Shown here: one piece after another, positions 39,301 to 48,208 of the stretch | Layout: each line of letters begins with the position of its first letter | How positions within the stretch are numbered: the first letter of the stretch is position 1 | IMG/VR virus record: IMGVR_UViG_3300010370_000041 | Span: 1-58,007 of that record | Source of the DNA: a virus | Lineage: Duplodnaviria > Caudoviricetes | Strand: one strand, 5' to 3' | Length of the DNA: 58,007 nucleotides | Translations under genes and position numbers: made by a program | Notes under the pieces: generated by a model | Seen by the model: the letters and a program-made list of their open reading frames with translations, nothing else | Databases searched by the model: none | What the model was told of the DNA's origin: nothing

Positions 39301-40589
39301 CTGGTGGCGGTGGTGGCTTGGCTATTATGATTAACCCAGAAACTAATAATGGATATTATCTTGAGTTAAGTGCACTAGGCAATTCTAATATATCTGCATT
39401 AGAAAAACAAAATGTTCATAATGTTATGTTCTATAAAATTAAAAAGGATGCTTCTTCCTCAAGTGCTATACCAGTTAAATTATGGGAGGGACTTGGAAAG
39501 ATTATTGTAGATGATGGTAGGTTCACTGGCCAGTATAGAATGGCTGCCGAACAAAATGTCACAGTTTATGATATTGGAATTGAATATGAGGAACTAGGAA
39601 GTTCTAGAGTATTTCATTTATACATGAATGGTTCGCTTTTAACTACAGTTGTTGACCAAGATCCGTTGCCAGTTTATAACAATATGGCTTTGTTCACTAG
39701 AGGCTCTTCAAGATTAATGTTTGAAAACATATATGCTTTAGCAAATAATTATAGCCAAAATGCTGTATTTGCTTTAGACACACCAGTTAATAGTATTTTT
39801 GATGATGAGATTAATGCAACAGAATCGTTTCGTAAATATGCAATGAGCGGAGTTGTTCAAGGCACCTATTTGTCTGGTATTAGCAGTTCTGAGCCACCAA
39901 AATATAGCATGTACTTTGATGAGTTTGGAACCATTATGAGAGAGGCAGCAATATTTAATATTAAATATGATAAGGCTTACCCAGCATTATACGCAAAGAT
40001 GTCTCCCACATTTAATAAAATAAAGGGGTATACCGTCTCTGGATTTAGGGCTGGTTCATATGGAGCAGAGTTTATGGTGTTTAATGCAACTGATACTGCA
40101 CTAAGCCTAGATGAAACTACTGGTAACTACTTAAGAATACAGGGTATAACATTTACACAACAGTCGAATGGCGAGTTAACCGTCGATCAGTATTATTCTA
40201 AAAATAGTTCGTTTTCTGATCCACAAATTGAAGGAACAAATGTTGTTGTTTCTCCATTCAAGATTAAAAAAGATTATGAAGATATTAAGTTAAGCAGAAT
40301 GACTTACGGCAAAAAAGACTTTTCTATATCAACTCCGTACATTCAAACACAAGATGAGGCAAATAATTTAATGAAATGGTTATTGTCAAAAACTATAAAG
40401 CCAAGAAAATCTTTAGGTTTAAAAATTTTTTCTAATCCAATGATTCAGTTAGGAGACATAGTATCTGTTAAATATACTAAGGATAATATTGATAAGGTTT
40501 TAAATTCCAGATATGTTGTTTATTATATGGAATATCAGAAGGGTCAGAATGGCCCAGACATGACGGTATATTTAAGTGAGGTTCTGTAA
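36330..40589 (+). CDS. Large minor tail / baseplate hub protein
   Basis: Hub-like motifs AMFFDEYNNF, PYIQTQDEA and NPMIQLGDIV; synteny. Confidence 0.65.
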   Translation: MWQSEELKKHIENSSVVKTQSAVIAEWNLNSPTNIFKIGNYRYRPTVADSLYKTIPSNFDPLENTDTPVKFYYGATDADVVIDGGIDPEDNNTPLTLKPKKESIRMLYSLEDCFKTFRPRSGINKARFLPGQYLHHPNINMSNRPRYYMPDPKDVFKYWTSFRTENGIEYGISTLKNGEYSIEDTAPFVVYKEEISANRVVIKMQTHVGTKDLGTFTSASESISDPFYGNDKKSTPVRWKVQALKNNSWTDLTSFTQSSTRSDGTPIIKEDGYVELSYGLIVPKQYRDIFVYAEQYSSDSFLPEKSVNGYAYFIAENENDIGQFHIWLDEINDYRVFTPQYGWYLEESEVDRLTNFVTDMTNPNKYKNVNGLDVYREFDKFKGIRLVIDTMNKANCTFDLIEISPRLVANITDKVQNFSVRKSASDLGVSGMPVGQLLASTGSLSIFDYDDAFNPNNPNSIIQNYINRHIQIKFYDIVFNVDGWDYYVPIKTLYSDGFPKKENASQTVSLELRDLFFYFENLTAPQTLMTSVSISSAVAMLLDSIGFSNYTFKRIDGETEMIIPFFHIEPDSSVAEILRNLAISSQTAMFFDEYNNFVMMSKDYIMPTIEQRPTDLVLSGNDPKNANDILPNIMEIASEDNQVYNDGRINYPERYIQRSVGSIKQASLIDMDRNWIYKPVLLWEVSGTQNTKSVNNESGNQSTYVLSAIPLNSNLSDKVPSVVNRQIVDNVMDLGEGIYWIARYNGYFYSNGEIIKYDAVEYNISGVGNVWVSSTREYEYYFSQLPFNGKMYPTGLVRIYCESNYEEVNGFLKLKNGAVAKHGRGQFGTAITSHNAGLDPYWRSDANVRGCTMESKYLFENNLTLPATTTGPAGINNDLAKKTTRNGVIRNFMAATYNSESDVNNFAETKPGTIQSSALVMQGPSIPVTLNKRDFISYIYKPLSNKFKHFGTRMRIIGKIEKNANRSQTANGSTNYIVIPGLTPDKDIAISGGGGGLAIMINPETNNGYYLELSALGNSNISALEKQNVHNVMFYKIKKDASSSSAIPVKLWEGLGKIIVDDGRFTGQYRMAAEQNVTVYDIGIEYEELGSSRVFHLYMNGSLLTTVVDQDPLPVYNNMALFTRGSSRLMFENIYALANNYSQNAVFALDTPVNSIFDDEINATESFRKYAMSGVVQGTYLSGISSSEPPKYSMYFDEFGTIMREAAIFNIKYDKAYPALYAKMSPTFNKIKGYTVSGFRAGSYGAEFMVFNATDTALSLDETTGNYLRIQGITFTQQSNGELTVDQYYSKNSSFSDPQIEGTNVVVSPFKIKKDYEDIKLSRMTYGKKDFSISTPYIQTQDEANNLMKWLLSKTIKPRKSLGLKIFSNPMIQLGDIVSVKYTKDNIDKVLNSRYVVYYMEYQKGQNGPDMTVYLSEVL

Positions 40590-41143
40590 TGGCAGTTAAT
40601 GCAACACCACCAATTCCTAATGCAACATCTAGCACACCCAAGCCACTTCCAGTTAAGGTTGCTACACCAGAATTAATTATTCAGCCATCAGAAACTGTAC
40701 CTATCGAGATAATGACAGATCTAGTATTTGAGGATATCGGTGGTCAAGAATTAATCAATATTGCAAGAAATGACTTGGTTAATGGACAGGACGTTATCTA
40801 TAATCCTATTAAAAATCTTAGTGCCATATTTTTTCAATATAATCCACAAAATGTTTTGGCATTACAAAAAACCTCAGAATCATATTTTAGAAACTTTCCT
40901 ATTAAACTAGGTGACAAAATACCAGAATGTGGTACAGGATATACCCTTAATCCAGAAGATGCAGACCTAGACATAACCAAGCAAAGACAAATTCCAAATT
41001 GTAAGATAGTGTATACAGACCCTATAACAGGAGATCTCATAATTAATGTTATTAATATGAATAAAGAAGAGCAGGTTGAAGTGCAGATTCTGCAGCAAGG
41101 AATCGTACTTAATGCTACAATATATGAGGTGAATGAACTATGA
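40589..41143 (+). CDS. Hypothetical tail-region protein
   Basis: Translationally coupled ORF in the tail module. Confidence 0.55.
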   Translation: MAVNATPPIPNATSSTPKPLPVKVATPELIIQPSETVPIEIMTDLVFEDIGGQELINIARNDLVNGQDVIYNPIKNLSAIFFQYNPQNVLALQKTSESYFRNFPIKLGDKIPECGTGYTLNPEDADLDITKQRQIPNCKIVYTDPITGDLIINVINMNKEEQVEVQILQQGIVLNATIYEVNEL

Positions 41144-42300
41144 TAACTGACAGTGGTAAAAATATAATAGCAAAATACTTGGTGGGTCAGTCACCAGCCT
41201 ACGCATCCTACATTGCCGTAGGCTGTGGAGCCAAGCCGTTAGACCCAGATCCAGAGGTGCCATTCGGAGATTATTCTAATCAAACCTCGTTGGACTTTGA
41301 AATGTTTCGTGTTCCTATTACATCAAGAGGATATATTAAAGATGAAGATGGGGTTGCCAAAATAGTTTTAACTGCAGAACTTCCAACAGAAGAAAGATAT
41401 GAAATTTCTGAAATTGGTGTTTATTCTGCAGGATCAAATCCCACAGCAGGTGCTTATGATAGTAAAACATTATTTTCATTTTCTGAGTCTGAAAATTGGA
41501 AATACAATAATCAAACAGCGTTAACTCCAAAGTATCAACCATTGGATACAACTGGAACTAGTGGTGAAATTCACATTAAAAATAATGACGGTCAAGATAC
41601 TATGGCGTTTTCTACAAATGCAAATAATAGAATTTTTACTAACCCTGAAAGAGTTGAAAGGTACGAAAGATGTAGATTTTTAAACAACATTGTAATCGCT
41701 AATGGCTCAATGTCAAATTTATCTACAGAAGTTGATTCTAATAATATAACAAGATTAAAGGTAAATGCTGGTAGTAATTATATAGGTATTAAGGGAACAT
41801 CTTTAAACCTTGACAAGAATGCGCCAACCGATCAGATAAGATTGGCGTTTTCTGTTGTAAATAAAAATAAAGTTGATGTAGAGCCAGTTAATCCAAATAA
41901 AGTATATATTTTAATAGAATTTTCTAATAGTGATGTTTATGGCGAGGGACAATGGGCTAGATTTGAAGCAATTGTAGATTCTTATGATTTTGCAACAAAC
42001 AGATATTTGGTTATTTCAAAAGAGTTGCAAAATTTAAGAACCAGTTCAGATGGTTTTAGTTGGGACGCTGTTAATACTGTCAAAATCTATGCCTCAGTTA
42101 TTAAAAATAATCAGATATCTGATGACTTTTACATTTGTTTTGATGCAATAAGATTAGAAAATGTTACATCAATCAATCCACTTTATGGGTTGGTTGGCTA
42201 TTCTGTAATTAAAAATACAGATGCAGCAACAATTATTAAAGAATCTAACACAACTAGTTATATTGAATTTAGATTTGGGATGAATATAAACAATGGCTGA
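41140..42300 (+). CDS. Putative baseplate/minor tail protein
   Basis: MITDSGKNIIAKYL...YIAVGCG...LDFEMFRVPI...ISEIGVY N-terminal domain. Confidence 0.6.
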   Translation: MITDSGKNIIAKYLVGQSPAYASYIAVGCGAKPLDPDPEVPFGDYSNQTSLDFEMFRVPITSRGYIKDEDGVAKIVLTAELPTEERYEISEIGVYSAGSNPTAGAYDSKTLFSFSESENWKYNNQTALTPKYQPLDTTGTSGEIHIKNNDGQDTMAFSTNANNRIFTNPERVERYERCRFLNNIVIANGSMSNLSTEVDSNNITRLKVNAGSNYIGIKGTSLNLDKNAPTDQIRLAFSVVNKNKVDVEPVNPNKVYILIEFSNSDVYGEGQWARFEAIVDSYDFATNRYLVISKELQNLRTSSDGFSWDAVNTVKIYASVIKNNQISDDFYICFDAIRLENVTSINPLYGLVGYSVIKNTDAATIIKESNTTSYIEFRFGMNINNG

Positions 42301-42733
42301 TCAAGGTATTAAAAAAGTTATTGTCTCAAAATCTTCCTTGCCACCAGCAGGAAAAGATGGTGAATATTTAGTTCGATATAGGATAGTTTCTGAAGATAAA
42401 AATAGATACTCACACTGGTCACCAATTTACAAAGTTTTTGCAAAAACATTACCAGAAAACTTTAATCCACAAAACAATGGCACGATTGAAAAGGTAGGAT
42501 CAATAGTCATGGTTGCTTGGAACATGTTTGAAAATACATCATTATATGATATATTTGTAAAATATGACAATGATACCAATTATGTATACCATGGATCATC
42601 TGTAACTAATTCGTATTCTATTATTAAAGAAATTAATAAAAATACTATTCATATTGCAGTTCAATTAGGCAGAGTTATTAAAGAAGAGGTCGCTAATAAT
42701 ACCGTCTATGCTGGAACTTTAAGTTTGGTATAA
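42293..42733 (+). CDS. Hypothetical tail-region protein (Ig/FN3-like)
   Basis: YLVRYRIVSED...SHWSP beta-rich pattern. Confidence 0.5.
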   Translation: MADQGIKKVIVSKSSLPPAGKDGEYLVRYRIVSEDKNRYSHWSPIYKVFAKTLPENFNPQNNGTIEKVGSIVMVAWNMFENTSLYDIFVKYDNDTNYVYHGSSVTNSYSIIKEINKNTIHIAVQLGRVIKEEVANNTVYAGTLSLV

Positions 42734-42749
42734 TATACTAGGAGGAAAT

Positions 42750-43193
42750 ATGGCAACAATACCACTACCAGAACGAGGACAACCTTTAGATGTCAATTAT
42801 ATTTATGCCTTAGCAAATGCTATTAATGAGGTAACAAGGCAGGTCTCGCCATCATCTTCTAAGTACGTAACTATTGATACTCCTGGGGATGGCCCAAGAT
42901 CAGTCAAGGCTTCAGATACAAGAATTATAGGAACAGAAAAGGTAGTAGTCACCAATGCGTCAAAAAATATAGGTGACGAAGAACCATTTGAATATGTATT
43001 TCCTGCAGAATTTAAGTTTAAGCCAATTGCAACTGCCACACCAGTTAATATTGGACAAACAAATGCTGGAGAAAATGTTTCAGTAGTTTTAAAAAGCGTT
43101 GGCACTTCTAGAGTAGAAGGGTTAGTTAGATTTAATGAAACTGGAAACTTGTCTGTCTCAGTGCACATACTTGTTGTTGGCATACCTCTTTAA
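42750..43193 (+). CDS. Putative minor tail protein (H-type lectin/gp53-like C-terminus)
   Basis: YVFPAEFKFKPIATATP...VHILVVG; promoter TGGTATAAT (42726-42734) and AGGAGG RBS. Confidence 0.5.
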   Translation: MATIPLPERGQPLDVNYIYALANAINEVTRQVSPSSSKYVTIDTPGDGPRSVKASDTRIIGTEKVVVTNASKNIGDEEPFEYVFPAEFKFKPIATATPVNIGQTNAGENVSVVLKSVGTSRVEGLVRFNETGNLSVSVHILVVGIPL

Positions 43194-43384
43194 TGATAAA
43201 ATGTACAAAATGTTTTCGCAAAATGTTAGTAGACAGGATGTACAGTTCGATTTCTCATTTAGAAATTTATTGTTTAGTATGCGGATCAAGAAAGTTTTTT
43301 CATCCGCCATCTGAGTCGGAGGAAGGCAGATGGCTACTAAAAAAGGAAATAGAACGAGCGAAGAGTACAATGTCGCCCCTGTAA
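43193..43384 (+). CDS. Small zinc-ribbon protein
   Basis: CTKC...CLVCG. Confidence 0.65.
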   Translation: MIKCTKCFRKMLVDRMYSSISHLEIYCLVCGSRKFFHPPSESEEGRWLLKKEIERAKSTMSPL

Positions 43385-43872
43385 TTCCTGGCAATAAAAA
43401 GGTTTGGTTTTTAAATAAAGATTTAGTTAGAATTGTGCATTATAACAGATCTAATGGCATTATGTCAATCTATAATATTAATAAAGATAGATTAGAGAGT
43501 TGTTTAATTAGTGATTTTAAAACAAAAAGAGAAAGAGCGTATACAGTTGGAGAAACTGCTGATCTTGTTAATAGACATAAAAAGTATATGCCTTCATTAA
43601 TGAAGCGTGGAATTATACCATTTCCTACAGGCTCACAAAAGGGTGGTGCAAGAGGATGGCAGGTAAGATCTTATTATTCTGAATCGCAAGTAAAAGAGAT
43701 TCGTGATATACTGGCTACGTACCATATTGGTAGACCAAGAAAAGATAATTTAATAACAAACGATATCACTCCTACAAAGGCTGAGTTGACTAGACGCATG
43801 GGGGATGGTATACTTACATATACAAAGACTGAAGATGGTAGGTTTATACCTATTTGGGGAGAAAGCATATGA
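43330..43872 (+). CDS. MerR-like HTH DNA-binding protein
   Basis: YTVGETADLVNRH...RGIIPFP...RSYYSESQVKEIR. Confidence 0.65.
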   Translation: MATKKGNRTSEEYNVAPVIPGNKKVWFLNKDLVRIVHYNRSNGIMSIYNINKDRLESCLISDFKTKRERAYTVGETADLVNRHKKYMPSLMKRGIIPFPTGSQKGGARGWQVRSYYSESQVKEIRDILATYHIGRPRKDNLITNDITPTKAELTRRMGDGILTYTKTEDGRFIPIWGESI

Positions 43873-44546
43873 GTCATATCTTTACTAAAGATGAATTTGG
43901 TAAAGATTTATTGCTAAATGTTGATACTGGATATCAAACAATGATGGAGTGGGAAAAGCCCTACATGAAAGCAATTATAGATGTTCTTAAGCCAACGGGT
44001 CATGTCCTTGAGGTTGGTTTTGGAATGGGTTACTCTGCTGATGAAATCCAAAAACATGATATATTATCACATACTATTATAGAAAGTGACCCTATTGTTT
44101 TAGAAAAATTAAAAAAATGGTCTGTTGCACAAAAAAACAAAGTAATAATAGTTGAAGGAACTTGGCAAAATAAAATACAACATCTTGGAAAATTTGACTC
44201 TATATTTTTTGACGATTCACCAAACGATAACCATCCAGATCCAGATCATAATAGGGTTTACTTATTTTACTACAATGTACTGTCTAACAATGTTAATGTT
44301 GGATGCCGCATGTCCGTATATTGTGACGCTCCAGTATACTGGATATGTGGTCCAGATATTGAATATAGTATGCATAAAGTGAATATAGAAATAGCAGAAA
44401 ATGCTACTTATATACAAGAAAAAAATCATAAAAATACTTTATATATACCTATAATGATTTTTAAATATGGAACAGTAAAAGATTTTGTTCCAATATATTT
44501 AGATAAACAATACAACTCTGGATTCTTTAAAAGTTTGACAAGTTAG
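43869..44546 (+). CDS. Class I SAM-dependent methyltransferase, guanidinoacetate/Rmt2-like
   Basis: MMEWEKPYM, VLEVGFGMG, HTIIE, GTWQ, FDSIFFD; ATG 43869 overlaps previous stop (ATGA). Confidence 0.78.
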   Translation: MSHIFTKDEFGKDLLLNVDTGYQTMMEWEKPYMKAIIDVLKPTGHVLEVGFGMGYSADEIQKHDILSHTIIESDPIVLEKLKKWSVAQKNKVIIVEGTWQNKIQHLGKFDSIFFDDSPNDNHPDPDHNRVYLFYYNVLSNNVNVGCRMSVYCDAPVYWICGPDIEYSMHKVNIEIAENATYIQEKNHKNTLYIPIMIFKYGTVKDFVPIYLDKQYNSGFFKSLTS

Positions 44547-44563
44547 GCAATTGGCTGTATACT
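44535..44563 (+). promoter_or_regulatory. Near-consensus housekeeping-sigma promoter for the replication operon
   Basis: TTGACA-17 bp-TATACT, then AAGGAG RBS. Confidence 0.8.
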
Positions 44564-44581
44564 TATAAAAAAGGAGATAAA

Positions 44582-44794
44582 ATGGAAAATGAACTAACAA
44601 AGGTATCAGTAACACTTGGATATACAATCAATCTTGGAAATTTTCAGTCATTAAGATTAGATTTAGGCGTTGTAGATTCAAAGCGTGATGGAGAAAATAC
44701 AGATCAGGCTTTTGAACGTGTATACAAATTTGTTGAAGACAAGTTAACAGAAAAAATATCAGAAGCAAAGGTTGAACTAGAAGAAAGCAATTAG
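44582..44794 (+). CDS. Hypothetical protein
   Basis: 70 aa with strong RBS; GYTINLGNFQSLRLD motif. Confidence 0.7.
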   Translation: MENELTKVSVTLGYTINLGNFQSLRLDLGVVDSKRDGENTDQAFERVYKFVEDKLTEKISEAKVELEESN

Positions 44795-44795
44795 T

Positions 44796-45104
44796 GTGAC
44801 AGACAAACAGAAGCGACTGGCTCTGTTAAGTAGGTTTGATAAACACTATAAGTTTAAACTAGGACAGAAGCCACAATACAATAAGTGGGTTGAGCAGTGG
44901 TCTGCTGATGCACTTATCGAGTCCTATGGACTTGATCTTTGCTATGAACTACTAGAGTATTATTTTGATGTAACAGAAAATCCAACATGGAGTCATTTTG
45001 CATACATAGCACATGATATACTAGAAGCAAAGCAACAATATGCAAAAGATATAGAAGAACGAAAAGAGCGTCGTAGAAAGGCTAAGGATTGGCTAGATGA
45101 ATAA
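44796..45104 (+). CDS. Hypothetical protein upstream of helicase
   Basis: Coupled ORF overlapping the dnaB start. Confidence 0.6.
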   Translation: MTDKQKRLALLSRFDKHYKFKLGQKPQYNKWVEQWSADALIESYGLDLCYELLEYYFDVTENPTWSHFAYIAHDILEAKQQYAKDIEERKERRRKAKDWLDE

Positions 45105-46323
45105 TACAGAATCAAAACTAATCTCAGCCGTATTAAAAGACAAGCAGGCACATGTTTTGCTTCAGGCTAATATAGAAAATATACTAACCACACATGTAGA
45201 TGTTTGGCAGTTTATTAGAAAATACTATGAAGCAAATGCTACGGTTCCGCCAACAGAGTTAGTTGTAGAAAAGTTTAGAGACTTTGAGCCTATAAGCGGT
45301 GTTGGTGCCACTAAGCATCACCTTGAAGAATTGCAGGCAGAATATTTAACAAATAGTCTTAAAGATATTATTAGGTCTGCAGCAACAGATGTTCAGGGTG
45401 GACAAGGTTTAGATGCATTAGAATCTTTGATTACAAAGACTGCAGAACTTAGAAAAAATACAGCAGCCATTCGTGATATTGATGTAACAGATTTAGACTC
45501 TGCTGTTGCATACTTTGAAAATCTTAAGAAACAACAAGAGGCAGGCGCATTAGGAATTAAGACTGGTCTTCCAGGGTTTGATAACTATTTACCCTCTGGA
45601 ATCATGCCAGGGCAGTTAGGAGTCTTCCTTGCATATCCAGGCATAGGAAAGTCATGGTTGTCTCTCTATTTCGCTGTACAGGCCTGGAAACAGGGTCGTA
45701 GCCCAATGATCATAAGTCTTGAAATGTCTGAGGTAGAAGTTCGTAACCGTGTATTTGCAATCATGGGTGAGGGAGTTTGGTCACATAGAAAACTCAGCGC
45801 TGGAATGGTTGAGATGGACATGCTTAAATCTTGGCACACAAAGCACGTAACTGGAAAACCAGAGTTCCATATTATTTCAAATGATACAGGTGGAGACATA
45901 AACCCTATGGTGCTTCGTGGAAAGATTGATCAATATAAACCAGACTTTGTTATTGTTGACTACTTACAATTAATGTCCCCAAACCAAAAATCTGATAATG
46001 AAACTATCCGTATGAAAAACCTATCTCGTGAACTTAAACTTATGGCTATCGCAGAAGAGGTTCCAATTATTGCTATTTCATCTGCTACACCTGATGATGT
46101 TACTAAGTTAGATACCGTGCCTACACTGGGTCAAACTGCGTGGTCACGACAGATCGCCTACGACGCAGACTGGGTACTCGCTCTGGGCAGGGCATCTAAT
46201 AGTGATATTATTGAATGTGTATTTCGTAAGAACCGTAATGGTTTTATGGGAGAGTTCTTAGTTCAGGCTGATTTTGACAAGGGATATTACAGGTATAAAG
46301 ATTATGAAGATAAGTCAGTATAA
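45097..46323 (+). CDS. dnaB: DnaB-like replicative helicase
   Basis: AYPGIGKS Walker A, SLEMS, IVDYLQLM, SRELK, DAD, KNRNG. Confidence 0.93.
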   Translation: MNNTESKLISAVLKDKQAHVLLQANIENILTTHVDVWQFIRKYYEANATVPPTELVVEKFRDFEPISGVGATKHHLEELQAEYLTNSLKDIIRSAATDVQGGQGLDALESLITKTAELRKNTAAIRDIDVTDLDSAVAYFENLKKQQEAGALGIKTGLPGFDNYLPSGIMPGQLGVFLAYPGIGKSWLSLYFAVQAWKQGRSPMIISLEMSEVEVRNRVFAIMGEGVWSHRKLSAGMVEMDMLKSWHTKHVTGKPEFHIISNDTGGDINPMVLRGKIDQYKPDFVIVDYLQLMSPNQKSDNETIRMKNLSRELKLMAIAEEVPIIAISSATPDDVTKLDTVPTLGQTAWSRQIAYDADWVLALGRASNSDIIECVFRKNRNGFMGEFLVQADFDKGYYRYKDYEDKSV

Positions 46324-46331
46324 TATGCCAC

Positions 46332-46658
46332 ATGGAAACATTTCCACACAAGGCCATAAAGCGGTTTGGGCTGGACGGGATCATCGTTGATGACTCAGCC
46401 ATATACAGACTGCAACAAGAATATATCAGATTACTGGTATCAGAAATGCGCCTATCTGGATATGCTCCAAGATTTGACATTAATCCAGAATTTACATTAT
46501 CATATAACGAACAAAAAAATTACTTTGACTTTGAATTAAGCGTATACGGAATATATATAGGGAGAAAAAAGGCAGAATGGATATTAGGGATAGACGGAAC
46601 CAGACCAATTTATACACAGCCAGTCAAGTTAAAAGAGTACTCGCAGGATCTGGCGTAA
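46332..46658 (+). CDS. Hypothetical protein
   Basis: ATG 7 nt after TATAAT (46319-46324); fills the gap between helicase and primase. Confidence 0.6.
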   Translation: METFPHKAIKRFGLDGIIVDDSAIYRLQQEYIRLLVSEMRLSGYAPRFDINPEFTLSYNEQKNYFDFELSVYGIYIGRKKAEWILGIDGTRPIYTQPVKLKEYSQDLA

Positions 46659-47521
46659 CTGTAGAAAAAGAAGCAGAGTCTGAGTACATAGTATTTTGTC
46701 CATTTCATTCTAACCATCGTACTCCTGCTGGAGAAATAAATAAATATAGCGGATTGTTTTTTTGTTTTTCCTGTGGCAAAACTGCAGACCTAATAGAATT
46801 AGTTATGCATTTTTCTAACAGAACATATTTTGAATCTGTTAGATTTATTAAAAGCAAAGAGGTCGAAACAGATATCTTATCTGAGATAAATTCTAAGTTA
46901 GTAAATAAAGAAGAGTGGACGGAGTTTGATACCTCTATTGTTCAAAGACTTCATGACCAAGCAGTTGTTTCCGAAAGAGCAAAAGAATATTTTATAAAAA
47001 GAAAAATAACTAAAGAGTCTGCAATAAAATTTAAATTAGGATATTCTGAAACACAAGATATGATATGTATCCCAGTTCATAACAGCGACGGCCTGTGTGT
47101 AGGTTTTGTCGGCAGATCTATTGAAGGAAAAGAGTTTAAGAATACTCCAAAACTTCCAAAGTCAAAAGTACTATTTAATTTAAATAGAGTCAAAACAGCA
47201 TCAAGAGTTTATGTTGTAGAATCCTCATTTGATGCTATTAGGTTAGACCAAGTAGGTTTTCCAGCAGTTGCTACACTTGGTGCCAATGTATCATCAAAAC
47301 AAATAGACTTGCTTCAAAGATACTTTAGTGATATAATAATTATTGCTGATAACGATGAGGCTGGCGGTAACATGAAAGAAAAAATAGTTGAAAGGCTAGA
47401 TGGAAATGTTACTGTAATTAACTTAGATAAACAATATAAAGATATAGGCGATATGGATGATAAGTCAATAAAAGAACTGGAATATCAGTTTGACAAATCA
47501 ATAGTATCTATGCTAAACTAG
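46577..47521 (+). CDS. dnaG: DNA primase (CHC2 zinc finger + Toprim)
   Basis: CPFH...CFSC, VESSFDA, ADNDEAG, KDIGD. Confidence 0.9.
   Translation: MDIRDRRNQTNLYTASQVKRVLAGSGVTVEKEAESEYIVFCPFHSNHRTPAGEINKYSGLFFCFSCGKTADLIELVMHFSNRTYFESVRFIKSKEVETDILSEINSKLVNKEEWTEFDTSIVQRLHDQAVVSERAKEYFIKRKITKESAIKFKLGYSETQDMICIPVHNSDGLCVGFVGRSIEGKEFKNTPKLPKSKVLFNLNRVKTASRVYVVESSFDAIRLDQVGFPAVATLGANVSSKQIDLLQRYFSDIIIIADNDEAGGNMKEKIVERLDGNVTVINLDKQYKDIGDMDDKSIKELEYQFDKSIVSMLN
47490..47519 (+). promoter_or_regulatory. Housekeeping-sigma promoter for SSB/dnaE
   Basis: TTGACA-18 bp-TAAACT with extended TG. Confidence 0.65.
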
Positions 47522-47542
47522 AAAAAACAAAGGAGAAAAACT

Positions 47543-48205
47543 ATGAGCGTTATTAAGGGACTAAAAAATATTAATGCCCTGCTCGACAAAAAAGCAGATG
47601 AAACTGGACCAAAGGTTAAGTGGCTTAAACTAGCCGATGGACAGGCAGTCAAAATTAGATTCATTGAAGAATTGGATGAGGATTCTGCAAACTATAATGA
47701 AAAGCGTGGTCTTGCACTTGTTGTTAAAGAACACACAAATCCAAAGGACTATAAGCGTAAGGCTGTAGACACAATGGATACTGAAGGCCGTGACTGGGCT
47801 GAAGAAATGTATCGTAAAGATCCAAGGGGCAATAGTGGATGGCGTGGCCGTCTTCGTTTTTATTGCAACGTACTTGTAGATGATGGAATTGAACCAAATC
47901 CTTATGTGGCTATTTGGTCTATGGGCGTAAGCAAGCAATCATCATTTAATACTATTCGTGAGTATGCTCTCGAAACTGGTAGCATCTCAAATCTAACATG
48001 GAAGTTAAAGCGCAATGGTCAGGGTACAGAAACATCATATACCTTGATTCCATCTGCTCCAGATAAGGAGCCTTTTAACTGGGAAGGTATCGAACCATAT
48101 CAACTAGAGAAGGCTTTGCGTCGTGTTCCATATGCGGAGCAAGAGGCATTCTATCTAGGCTTTGATTCGCCTTCATCTACATCAGCGACGAATATCGACT
48201 GGTAG
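47543..48205 (+). CDS. Single-stranded DNA-binding protein (gp32-like)
   Basis: WLKLADGQAVKIRF, KLKRNGQGTETSY, C-terminal IDW; lies between primase and polymerase. Confidence 0.7.
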   Translation: MSVIKGLKNINALLDKKADETGPKVKWLKLADGQAVKIRFIEELDEDSANYNEKRGLALVVKEHTNPKDYKRKAVDTMDTEGRDWAEEMYRKDPRGNSGWRGRLRFYCNVLVDDGIEPNPYVAIWSMGVSKQSSFNTIREYALETGSISNLTWKLKRNGQGTETSYTLIPSAPDKEPFNWEGIEPYQLEKALRRVPYAEQEAFYLGFDSPSSTSATNIDW

Positions 48206-48208
48206 TAG

